Assembly: GCA_963713865.1 (NCBI GenBank)
Contig: OY970208.1
Location: 1,888,001 to 1,952,000 of the forward strand
Length of the DNA stretch: 64,000 nucleotides
Reading direction: 5' to 3'
Source: an uncultured candidate division Zixibacteria bacterium
GTDB taxonomy: Bacteria > Zixibacteria > MSB-5A5 > RBG-16-43-9
The notes below the pieces were generated by a model. That model did no database searches. It was not told the DNA's origin and saw only the letters and a program-made list of their open reading frames with translations. Positions 29,195 through 38,971 of the stretch are shown piece after piece. A program made the translations under genes and the position numbers. Each line of letters begins with the position of its first letter. Position 1 is the first letter of the stretch.

Positions 29195-29818
29195 ATGGAT
29201 TCTAAACAAAGATGGTATGGATGTTATTTCGATACTGATAGACAATTGACGAACTTTCTGAGTAAAGCGAGAAGCACATATGAAAAGCACACTAAGTTTA
29301 TTGAGCTTGAAAGAGCTTTCTTTTTTAAGGTTTTCTTAGACTTTGATACTAGCCGAGTGCATCTAGTGGGTATTCCAACTTTGGATGATTCGGTAGAAAA
29401 GAGACGGTGTGTGTGGGAGGAGATATTGGATAGAAAGATTGCATTCGATGAGGATTTTGATATCGTTATTGCTCCCAAAGATAAGTTAGATGAAAAAGTA
29501 AAATATTTGATCCAGATAGTCAGATTTACCGGAAATGTTAGCGCTACTACTGAAAGTTTACTTGACTTCTTGAAGAAGAAGAAATTCAATATACCTAGAG
29601 ATAGAAATATATGGCTTTTGGTTGTGGTTGAAGCTGACGCATTTCAGCTTAAATATAGTGAACTAAATAGGAAACTATCTGAAACAAATGTACCATACGG
29701 TAAAATTTTCATACTTGGGACAACACAGAGCCCGCGTATACTTTTCTGTTGCGAGGTTTTCCCTTTAGCTAGACTGCTGGGGGAAATAGATTTCAATACA
29801 CTTCGCTATTTTCAATAA
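29195..29818 (+). CDS. Hypothetical protein (possibly degenerate PD-(D/E)xK fold)
   Basis: 207-aa ORF behind a clear promoter; EDFDIVI...YLIQIVR. Confidence 0.6.
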   Translation: MDSKQRWYGCYFDTDRQLTNFLSKARSTYEKHTKFIELERAFFFKVFLDFDTSRVHLVGIPTLDDSVEKRRCVWEEILDRKIAFDEDFDIVIAPKDKLDEKVKYLIQIVRFTGNVSATTESLLDFLKKKKFNIPRDRNIWLLVVVEADAFQLKYSELNRKLSETNVPYGKIFILGTTQSPRILFCCEVFPLARLLGEIDFNTLRYFQ

Positions 29819-29835
29819 AACTAAAACGAGTATAT

Positions 29836-30414
29836 ATGGACTCAAAAGAAACGAAGTGGGGGTTTCCAAAAGGAAAAGTAGCCTCGACGCTCAAAAATAT
29901 TCTTTCCAAAGAGTTTACAAATAAAGACATTGATACTATTGCTGTTGTGCTAATGCTTCGTTCCATGGTCGAATTATCAATTGAAAGGGTATTGTTTTTA
30001 ATGTTAAATTATGAATATCCACATTACGGCAAAGGGATGAACCCAAAAGAGACCCAAAAATACAAAATTCTAAATGAAAAAATGGAAGATGAACTTTGGA
30101 AAGTTATTGTTGGAATGAACTTTCACGTAAAACTTTCATTAATCGAGCCTTGCCTCAAGGTTTGGTACCCTGGTTTTGAAAAAACCATAAAAGAAATAAA
30201 TAGAGTGAGAAACAAGATAGCTCATTTAAATAAACTGAAAAGCTTAAAATTCAAAAATAAATTAATATGGAGCGAGGAGGGTATTGAAGAGTTTTTTGTT
30301 ACAGCTCAGATCACCACTAAGGAGATCAACAAGTTTTGTGAACGAATAGAAGAACGAAACGAAGCCATTAAAGATACGCTTAGAGAGATGCATTTAAGGC
30401 GACAAACAAGTTAA
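29836..30414 (+). CDS. HEPN-domain protein (MtlR-like)
   Basis: Helical; MVELSIE, MNF..KL, INRVRNKIAH (R-x4-H). Confidence 0.65.
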   Translation: MDSKETKWGFPKGKVASTLKNILSKEFTNKDIDTIAVVLMLRSMVELSIERVLFLMLNYEYPHYGKGMNPKETQKYKILNEKMEDELWKVIVGMNFHVKLSLIEPCLKVWYPGFEKTIKEINRVRNKIAHLNKLKSLKFKNKLIWSEEGIEEFFVTAQITTKEINKFCERIEERNEAIKDTLREMHLRRQTS

Positions 30415-30418
30415 TAAA

Positions 30419-30446
30419 ACGTCCTATAATATATATTATGTAAACA
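30419..30446 (+). other. dif: Chromosomal dif site (XerC/XerD)
   Basis: ACGTCCTATAA-TATATA-TTATGTAAACA; 3 mismatches from B. subtilis dif as recalled; located at the strand switch. Confidence 0.88.
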
Positions 30447-30479
30447 TAAAAGCAGATAAATTAATAATGTAAAATTATT

Positions 30480-30514
30480 AAGCCCGAATCCTGGTAATTC
30501 AGGTTCGGGCTTTT
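30480..30514. terminator. Intrinsic (possibly bidirectional) terminator
   Basis: AAGCCCGAATC...GGTTCGGGCTTTT between convergent genes. Confidence 0.7.
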
Positions 30515-30634
30515 CCTCATTTCCCTCTTCCCTATTGATGTATCTGGACCTGGTCCGCCTAAGGACAGAATCCACCTCAGGCGGATTCTGTCCCTACAAT
30601 CTGAACAATCTGCTTGGAAGGCTAAAGCCTTCCG

Positions 30635-33127
30635 CTACTTAATCACGATATTCAAAATCTTATTCGGAACGTAGATTATCTTTACAATCTTTTTATCTTT
30701 TGTATGAGCTTGTACCTTTTCATCATTTAAAGCAATAGTTTCAACCGCTTTCTGATCGGAATTTATAGGCACATTAAATGTAGCTCTGAGCTTGCCGTTG
30801 ATCTGGACCGCTATGGTCACTTCATCCTCTATAACCGCATTTTTGTCATATTCAGGCCATTCAGACTTGAATATGCTTTCATTATGACCCATTTCATGCC
30901 AGATTTCTTCAGCCAAATGAGGTGCAAAAGGAGACAGAAGCTGCGCTGTTCTTTCCACAAAATACGGCAAGAACTCATATCTTTCCGTATCGGGAATAAC
31001 ATAAAGCTGTTCATCTAAAGTATTCAACAGTTCCATCATAGAAGCAATAGCTGTGTTCAGATCAAGACTTTCTATATCTCCAGTAACTTTCTTGATAGTT
31101 TGATGCAGTTTCCTGTATACGGGTTTATAAGTCTTTATATTCCAATCAGATAATATGCCAGATTTAGAGTATTTGTTTACATCAACTTTATAAGTATCTA
31201 TGCATACTTTTGCAAAATCGTAAATGCGTGTCAAAAATCTCCTTGCACCAGTAATACCCTCTCCTGTCCACAGGATTTCTTTACCTGAAGGAGCTGCAAA
31301 ATAAACAGCAATTCTGGAGACATCCACTCCGTTTTGCTCCATCAAATCCAATGGCGAAATAGCATTCCCCTTGGATTTGGACATAATCTCACCCTTGGAA
31401 TCCAAAACCATACCGTGATTGAAAAGCTCCAAAACCGGCTCATCTACTTTTAACCAGCCAAGATCATACAGGACCTTGGTGAAAAACCTGAAATACAACA
31501 GATGACCAGTAGCGTGTTCAATCCCTCCTATATATTTATCCACCGGCATCCATTTTTTAGCCTTTTCCCTGGAAAACGGCTCTTTATCGTTATGCGGGTC
31601 TGTGTATCTGAAAAGATACCAGGAAGAGCAGACAAAGGTATCCATAGTATCAGGGTCTCGTTCAGCTTTACCCTTGCAATTCGGGCAGGTAGTTTCTATA
31701 AATTCTTTCACATCAGAGAGAGGAGAACGACCTTTAGGTATAAAGTCTATATTACCCCTGGGCAGTAGAACCGGTAACTCAGATTCAGGCACAGGCAGAA
31801 TCCCGCATTTCTTACAGTGAATCATCGGAATGGGTGCACCCCAGTACCTCTGACGGGAGATCAGCCAGTCCCTCAATTTGAAATTAGTCTTCTTTTTACC
31901 TAAGCTTTTCTCCTCGATATAATCATTTATTTTTTCTATCCCGTCAGTTGACCAGAGTCCATTAAATATTCCAGAATTAACCATAGTTCCAGGGTCCTCG
32001 AATGCTTTCTCCATTGTCTCAGTCTTAAGATTTTCACCCTCAGGCTGGATTACAACTTTGATCGGGATATTGTATCTTTTGGCAAACTCGAAATCCCTCT
32101 GGTCGTGCCCGGGAACACCCATCACCATACCGGTTCCATAAGTCGCTACCACATACTCTGCTACCCAGAGCTGGACTTTTTCGCCTGATAAAGGATTTAT
32201 GGCATACCTTCCGGTAAATACTCCATTCTTCTCCCCTGCCAATGAGGACCTTTCGATATCCGTTTTCTGAAGGGCTTTATTTATATAATCATCAACAGCT
32301 TTTTTATGTTGTGGTTCTATCTTCATATTTCTCAATAGCTCATTTTCAGGTGCAATAGCCATAAAGGTAACCCCGTAAATAGTATCCGGACGGGTAGTGA
32401 AAACGGAAAGCTTCTCTTCTGTTTTCTCCACTTTGAAATCTATCTCCACTCCCTGGCTTTTGCCAATCCAGTTCCTCTGCATTATCTTTACATTTTCAGG
32501 CCATCCAGACAGCTTATCTAAATCGTTTAATAATCTCTCAGCATAAGCTGTGATCTTGAAAAACCACTGCTCTAATTCTTTTTTGGTAACCTCAGAATGA
32601 CATCTCCAGCATTCCCCCTGGATAACCTGTTCGTTGGCCAAAACGGTATTACAGTGTGGACACCAGTTTACCAGGGATTTCCCTCGATAAGCCAAATTAT
32701 TCTTATAGAGTTGAATGAAGATCCATTGAGTCCACTTATAATAGTCCGGCATACAGGTCAAGACTTCCCTGTCCCAGTCAAAGCTCACCCCGGTTTTCTT
32801 CAGAGTTGCACGGGAGTTCTCAATGTTTTTTAAAGTCCATTTCTCAGGGTCCTCTCCCCTCTTTATGGCTGCTTCCTCAGCCGGAAGTCCAAAAGCATCC
32901 CAGCCAAAAGGATGCAAGACGTCGTAACCCTGCATCATCTTATAGCGGGCAATCACGTCGCCAATTATATAATTTCTAAAATGTCCGATATGAATGTCAC
33001 CGGATGTATAGGCGAACATCACTAACATATAAAACTTTTTCAAGGGGTCATCCGAAGCTTTATAGAGCCTGGATTCCTCCCATTTCTTCTGCCATTTTTC
33101 TTCTATTTCCTTAAAAGGATAGTTCAT
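30635..33127 (-). CDS. leuS: Leucyl-tRNA synthetase
   Basis: HIGH, GWDAFGLPAE, FTTRPDT, DWLISRQRYWG, MSKSKGN. Confidence 0.97.
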   Translation of the reverse strand: MNYPFKEIEEKWQKKWEESRLYKASDDPLKKFYMLVMFAYTSGDIHIGHFRNYIIGDVIARYKMMQGYDVLHPFGWDAFGLPAEEAAIKRGEDPEKWTLKNIENSRATLKKTGVSFDWDREVLTCMPDYYKWTQWIFIQLYKNNLAYRGKSLVNWCPHCNTVLANEQVIQGECWRCHSEVTKKELEQWFFKITAYAERLLNDLDKLSGWPENVKIMQRNWIGKSQGVEIDFKVEKTEEKLSVFTTRPDTIYGVTFMAIAPENELLRNMKIEPQHKKAVDDYINKALQKTDIERSSLAGEKNGVFTGRYAINPLSGEKVQLWVAEYVVATYGTGMVMGVPGHDQRDFEFAKRYNIPIKVVIQPEGENLKTETMEKAFEDPGTMVNSGIFNGLWSTDGIEKINDYIEEKSLGKKKTNFKLRDWLISRQRYWGAPIPMIHCKKCGILPVPESELPVLLPRGNIDFIPKGRSPLSDVKEFIETTCPNCKGKAERDPDTMDTFVCSSWYLFRYTDPHNDKEPFSREKAKKWMPVDKYIGGIEHATGHLLYFRFFTKVLYDLGWLKVDEPVLELFNHGMVLDSKGEIMSKSKGNAISPLDLMEQNGVDVSRIAVYFAAPSGKEILWTGEGITGARRFLTRIYDFAKVCIDTYKVDVNKYSKSGILSDWNIKTYKPVYRKLHQTIKKVTGDIESLDLNTAIASMMELLNTLDEQLYVIPDTERYEFLPYFVERTAQLLSPFAPHLAEEIWHEMGHNESIFKSEWPEYDKNAVIEDEVTIAVQINGKLRATFNVPINSDQKAVETIALNDEKVQAHTKDKKIVKIIYVPNKILNIVIK

Positions 33128-33221
33128 ATTTTTACCTCGTAATCAAAACAGTCACATACCAGTTCCAGTATAAACAAATTTTTAAAGAAAGATTTAATCA
33201 GCAGACTAAAGTACAAATCTT

Positions 33222-34117
33222 TTATGCTGTATTGGCCACTTTTTCAACCGTATTCATATGGCTTCCACGAAAAAGCTTCTCTAATTTCTCAAACTTGATC
33301 ACTGGCTGGTTGAATAGAGTTCGTCCTTCTCGTTCAAGTCTTTTCAATGTCATTTGACAATACTCAGGATCAATCTCAATACCGATGCTATTCCTATCAG
33401 CCTTCATGGCGGCGAGCATTGTAGTTCCTGTTCCTGAGAAAGGATCCAGGACTGTATCTCCCCAGAAAGAAAACATCCTAACAAGCCGATAAGCCAACTG
33501 AAGAGGAAACGGGGCGGGGTGATCCTTGCTTGACGTGCCAGGAAATCCCAAATTTGCTGGAACCATATCTGGTATTCTTTCTTGTCAATCATGCTTAGTT
33601 GACGTTGTCTAATAGTCGGTTTGCGATAACCACCGGGCTTGCGTTGCATAAGGATAAACTCAATATCATTTTTAATAATGGCGTTAGGTTCGTAAGGTTT
33701 TCCGAAAAATTTGGTACCATTATTGACCTCATATTCTGCTTTGGCAATTTTATACCAAATAATGGGATTCAAATTATCAAATCCTAATTTTCTGCATGAT
33801 ACTGCTATATCTGCGTGGAGAGGAACAACAACATGCCTACCGAATTTTCTCCGTGAAAGGCATACATCTCCAACCACGCAAACTAATCTTCCACCAGGCA
33901 CCAAAATACGATAACAATGTAGCCAAACTTTAGAAAGTTCTTCTAAGAATTTTTCATAGTCTTTAATATGTCCCATCTGATCTGGATGGTCGTGATACTT
34001 TTTGAGTGTCCAATATGGTGGTGAAGTAACGATTAGATGGATGCTCGCATCTGTCATAAAAGAAAGATTACGAGCGTCACCTTGTATTAAACGATGTACA
34101 GTCTTATGATTTGTCAC
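33222..34117 (-). CDS. N4/N6 DNA methyltransferase (beta class), apparent frameshift at about 33543
   Basis: TSPPYW in the first frame; HPAPFP, VLDPFSGTGTT, GIEID in the second frame. Confidence 0.9.
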
Positions 34118-34935
34118 CTTTTAGAAACTCCCAAAGTCGAAAGCAGCATTCTAACTGCGTTTTCAATTGAATCTTTCTCATCCGAGGCAAAAACAACTCC
34201 ATCTATATTATGCGAGCGGAGGCGATTTTGGATATTTATATGCTCTTCAATAAAAGGATAATAAACAACAGCGCCAAATTTACTATCCGGAAAAGCTGAT
34301 TTTAGCTTAACGGCTTTGTTCGCAATTTCATCAGATCTTTTATGAATGTCCCTTCTGGCTTCAATTCTCTTTATATCTATTCCAACTTCAATATCACCTG
34401 CTTTTGGACTGGCGGCATCCAACTCAAACTGTTCTCCCCCTGCTATAAACATTCGTTTGTGGTACTCTAAGCCGCTAAATCTATTAAGGCTTTCTAGATT
34501 TTTTTTCTCCCAGCGTCCTTTCCCTTTTCGAATTTCCTTGTCGATGAAAGCAACTCTATCGATCTGACTCAGAACTGGAATTTCTAAATAGGACGGCAGA
34601 AATGGTTTGATGTACCCAGCAATTACTTTAACACGATCTTCGCTTAATCTGGGATCATAGGTATCTACGTTTTTGATATCTAAATCACGTTCTATCGCCC
34701 TTGCTGCGATATTGCAGGCAGCCAAAAGCGGCTTCAAGATAAGTGGATAATCAATGATTGCTTTTGCAAGATCAAACGCAGTCATGCTTGAAAAAACAAT
34801 GACTTCTACTTCACGTTTCTCTACAAACTTAGAAAATGCCTTCTGGAGGGCATCCTCTACAGCTTCTTGGCGTGAGTCTGCATCGTCCTTTACCCATTCT
34901 ATATAGTCTGAGTGGTTTTCGTACTTGTCCGGCAT
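34114..34935 (-). CDS. Putative type II restriction endonuclease
   Basis: E...FELDAA...GIDIKRIE PD-(D/E)xK-like; 4-nt overlap with the MTase start. Confidence 0.65.
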   Translation of the reverse strand: MPDKYENHSDYIEWVKDDADSRQEAVEDALQKAFSKFVEKREVEVIVFSSMTAFDLAKAIIDYPLILKPLLAACNIAARAIERDLDIKNVDTYDPRLSEDRVKVIAGYIKPFLPSYLEIPVLSQIDRVAFIDKEIRKGKGRWEKKNLESLNRFSGLEYHKRMFIAGGEQFELDAASPKAGDIEVGIDIKRIEARRDIHKRSDEIANKAVKLKSAFPDSKFGAVVYYPFIEEHINIQNRLRSHNIDGVVFASDEKDSIENAVRMLLSTLGVSKR

Positions 34936-34990
34936 TTCATATACTCCTAAAAAATTCTATATCAATTTCATCAGTCCATATCGAAGCTAA

Positions 34991-36287
34991 CTACGGATAA
35001 AGTCGATAAATCATCCTGGGAAAAGGTATAGTTTCACGGATATGGGGCAGTCCGCAGATCCAGGCTACTGTTCTTTCCACTCCCAGAACCGAAACCGGAA
35101 TGAGGAACCGAGCCGTATTTCCTCAAATCCAGATACCATTTATATGCATCCAGAGGCAACTTCTCTTCTTCGATCCTTTTAACCAGACTATCATAGTCGT
35201 CATTCCTCTGGGACCCGCCGATCACCTCGCCATATCCCTCAGGAGCTAAAAGGTCAGCACACAAAACTAAATCTTCTCTTTCCGGATGCGGCTTCATATA
35301 AAAAGCCTTGACCTTCTTAGGGTAGTTATAAACAAACAAAGGCTTTTCATACATATTAGCAAGTAGCGTCTCATCATCTCCACCTAAATCTGCTCCCCAT
35401 TCGATCTGGCTGCCTTTCCCTTTTAAACACTCTATTGCTTCATCATAGGAAATCCGCTCGAAAGGTTGTTTTATTTTCTCTAATTTAGACAAGTCTCGTT
35501 CTAAATATTCCAGCTCCTTTCTGCTTTTGTCCAAAACACGCTGGACTACATACTCAACGAATTCCTCCTGCAGTTTCATATTATCATCGTTATCGTAAAA
35601 AGCCATCTCTGCCTCAACCATCCAGAATTCGGTCAGATGTCTTCTGGTTTTTGATTTCTCCGCCCGGAAAGTTGGTCCAAAACAATACATCCTGCCAAAA
35701 GCCATAGCCGCCGCTTCGTTATATAACTGTCCGGTTTGGGCTAAATAAGCCTTACCCAGGTCGAAATATTGAGTCTCGAAAAGGGTAGTAGCAGTCTCCC
35801 CGATTGAACCGGTTAATATGGGAGTATCTATCAGGATAAACCTTTTTTCATAAAAAAAGGTCCTGATAGCATAGATTATCTCGTTTCTAACTCTCATAAT
35901 CGCTTGTTGCCTGCTGGAACGTAACCAGAGATGGCGGTTATCCATAAGGAAGGCAGTTCCGTGTTCCTTGGGGGTTATCGGGTAATCCTGAGCTATCTGG
36001 ATAATCTTTACATTTGTTAAGGTCAGCTCATACCCGCCTGGAGCCCTTTTCTCCTCCCGAACCTTCCCTGCTATTTCTAAAGAGGATTCCTGAGTCAGCT
36101 TATCATAAGTTCCAAAGGTTTCATCTGACACCTCTCCCTTGCTCATTACAGATTGGATTATCCCGGTTCCATCCCGGATTAAAAGGAAATGGATCTTGCC
36201 ACTTGACCTTTTATTATAAAGCCAGCCTTTAAGGGTAACTTCCTGTCCTGCAAATTTTCCAACTTCTTCAATATAGCAGAAATTCAT
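34991..36287 (-). CDS. asnS: Asparaginyl-tRNA synthetase, apparent frameshift at about 35086
   Basis: [33 protein letters not shown]; removing 1 nt restores [15 protein letters not shown]...PFPR. Confidence 0.96.
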
Positions 36288-36635
36288 TTAATGCTTCTCC
36301 CTTACCAGATGGTTCAATATGGCACTGATAATGCTGATCAATAAAGCTGCGAGGAAAGCTTTCCAGAAGCTGGTGATCTCAAACCCTCCAACCATCTTGG
36401 AAACAACGAATAGCAGAAAACCGTTGATCACCAGGATAAAAAAACCCAGGCTTAAAATATTTATCGGCAGAGTGAGAAAGATCAATATCGGGCGCACAAT
36501 CGCATTCAGAATCCCTAAGATCAGCGAAGCCAGAACCAGTGCCGTAAAATTTTCAATATAAATCAGGTGAAAAAGATTTGCAACTATAAAAATCGCCAAG
36601 GTCAAAACAAACCAGCGAATTAGAAAATGAGACAT
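36288..36635 (-). CDS. Phage holin family (YvlD/DUF360) membrane protein
   Basis: LNAIVRPIL..LTLPINILSLGFF..VING. Confidence 0.85.
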   Translation of the reverse strand: MSHFLIRWFVLTLAIFIVANLFHLIYIENFTALVLASLILGILNAIVRPILIFLTLPINILSLGFFILVINGFLLFVVSKMVGGFEITSFWKAFLAALLISIISAILNHLVREKH

Positions 36636-36731
36636 AAGTCCCTCCCTTTAATTTCTTATGTAGGGGAGACCTTTAGGTTTCCAGTTTTTATAAAAAATGA
36701 TGGAAGGCTGAAGCCTTCCCCTACATAAACA

Positions 36732-37580
36732 TTAACTTTTATATTTTTTCACCAACACCGTTCCGGTTGCAAATTGGTTAATTATCCAGCTTTTATATTC
36801 TTCTATCCGGAAAAAACCGCTTCGATTTATTTTAAGTTTTATACTCAACGGTGTATCAAAAAGATAAATCCCTTTTCTGCCAATAGCAAAAGGGTTTTCT
36901 GATATTTCTGAAGTTAAAGTGAATGCGGCTTTATATCCGGCATTTTTTGCCTCTGTTCTAACTAATTGGTTGTGCCTGCCAAAAGGATAAGACAAAGATT
37001 TGATCTTCTGGTCCAGTTTATCCTCAATGATTTCCTTCGATTTCCTTAGCTCATATATTAAACTTTTCTTATCTAATTTGGTCAAGTCCGGATGATTTAC
37101 CGTGTGAGAGCCAAACTGGAAACCGGATTTTTTCATCTCCAGGATTTGCTCCCAGTTTAAATGCCTGAATTTCCGTCCGAAACCAGCTTCCCATAGATTT
37201 TCTTTTCCTGTATACCCGGCTATGAGAAATATTATAGCTTTAAATCCATGACGCTTTAATACCGGGAAGGCATTCTGGTAAACTGATTCATATCCATCAT
37301 CGAAGGTAAAGACAATCTGTTTGTCTTTCTTCTCTTCTCCTGATAATAGCTCCTCTAAATCAATACTCGAAAAACCTTCCTCCTTAAGGTATTCCATCTG
37401 TTGTTCAAAGCTTTCAGACTTTACCCGGGTAATGCCCCATTCAAACTCATCCGTGACTTTATGATAAGCTAAAACCGGGTGAAATCTATTATCCCCTGAT
37501 TTGTGTTTTAAATACCAGATAATAAAAGGAAGGCTCAAGCTTGCTAAAAATACTAATCCAAATATTTGAAAATTAGACAT
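36732..37580 (-). CDS. Polysaccharide deacetylase
   Basis: VLAYHKV, TFDDGY, GSHTVNHP, SYPFG. Confidence 0.92.
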   Translation of the reverse strand: MSNFQIFGLVFLASLSLPFIIWYLKHKSGDNRFHPVLAYHKVTDEFEWGITRVKSESFEQQMEYLKEEGFSSIDLEELLSGEEKKDKQIVFTFDDGYESVYQNAFPVLKRHGFKAIIFLIAGYTGKENLWEAGFGRKFRHLNWEQILEMKKSGFQFGSHTVNHPDLTKLDKKSLIYELRKSKEIIEDKLDQKIKSLSYPFGRHNQLVRTEAKNAGYKAAFTLTSEISENPFAIGRKGIYLFDTPLSIKLKINRSGFFRIEEYKSWIINQFATGTVLVKKYKS

Positions 37581-38845
37581 AATCCCAGTTTATCTTCTGC
37601 AGGATACTTTGACCCACCTGACCCAATATAGCTACAGATAATCTATCTTTGTGCATAAGCTCATTTGCTACTTCAATCACTTCCTCTTTTTTTACCTGGT
37701 TGATAAGCGAAATGGTCTTCTCCAAACTGATATAATCTTTCAAATAGATTTCAAGTCGGGCTAATCTATTCATTCGAGTAGAGGTGCTTTCTGCTCCCAG
37801 GATCAAGTTACCTTTGATCTGATATTTGGCATCTTCTAATTCTTTTCTTTTAAGATCATCCTTTTTAATCCGGTGAAGCTCTTTTAGAACTTGTTCAACC
37901 GCGGGCAGAACCTGCTTTTTATCTGTTCCCAGATATACCCCGAAAATCCCTTTATCCTTGAAAGAATCGATAAAAGTGTGTATCGTGTAAACCATTCCAA
38001 ATTTCTCTCTCAAGTTCTGGAAAAGGCGTGAGCTCATCCCCCCTCCTAAGATACTGCTCAAGAGCAAAGCGGCATATCTTTTAGGATGTTTAAAAGAATA
38101 CCCTGGAAAACCTATACAGATATGGGTTTGTGCAGTTTTTCTCCTCCGGGCTATTTTCTGAGATAAAAGTTTCAACGGAGGTATTTCGCGTTTTCTCTTG
38201 GGTATAGGGTTATTCAATTTAAATTTATTCTCCACTAATCTAACCAGTCGCCGGTGACTGAGATTCCCGCAAGCCGCGACAACTATCTTGGGGCTGACAT
38301 ATTTTTCTCGCATGAAATTCAGAAGTTGGCTCCTTTCAAGCTTTTGAATATTTTTAATATCTCCAATAACCGGCCGGCCTAAAGGATGCTCACCCCACAT
38401 CGCCTCCATTAATAAATCAAAAGCCACCTCCGAAGGCATATCCTCTAATTCTTTTATCTCTTCAGCGATAATTTTTTTCTCTTTTTTGAAATCATAAGGA
38501 TTGAAAAGCGGATTTAAAAGCAGGTCAGACAAAACGTCTAAAGCTATTTCCAGATGTTCGTCCAGTACTTTGGCATACAGACAGGTATTCTCTCTGCCGG
38601 TAAAAGCATTCAGGGTCCCCCCTAACGACTCTAAGGCTAAGGCGATTTCCTTAGTTGACCTTTTCTTGGTCCCCTTAAAAAGCATATGCTCAATGAAATG
38701 AGAAATGCCGTTCTCATCCTGCTCCTCATCCCGGGAGCCAACATCAATCCAGAACACCTAGGGTAATAGAGTGAACCGAGTCGATCTTCTCACTTACCAC
38801 CCTGAGCTTATTATCTAAAATTGTCTTCTGATATGAAACTCTCAT
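37573..38845 (-). CDS. M16 (pitrilysin) family Zn peptidase, apparent frameshift at about 38752
   Basis: HFIEHMLFKGT, NAFT, GGGMSSRLFQ; N-terminus MRVSYQKTILDNKLRVVSEKI lies in another frame. Confidence 0.92.
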
Positions 38846-38971
38846 CTCTTAAAACCTTTTTTAAATCTGTTATCCTGAGGGAGTCTCACCAAAGGCGGAC
38901 GACTGAATCCGCGATTAAGGTGGACTTGGATTCTTCCCCCTGCGGGGTCAGAATGACATACAAAAGAGCTT

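Noticed and set aside
35034-35090. asnS, M16 peptidase, YitJ-like and RRM genes as true pseudogenes or programmed frameshifts
   Set aside because: Each has a single indel with otherwise intact frames and no slippery heptamer; sequencing error is more parsimonious
36288-36635. Prophage suggested by the holin-family gene
   Set aside because: YvlD-type genes are common chromosomal genes and no other phage genes are present
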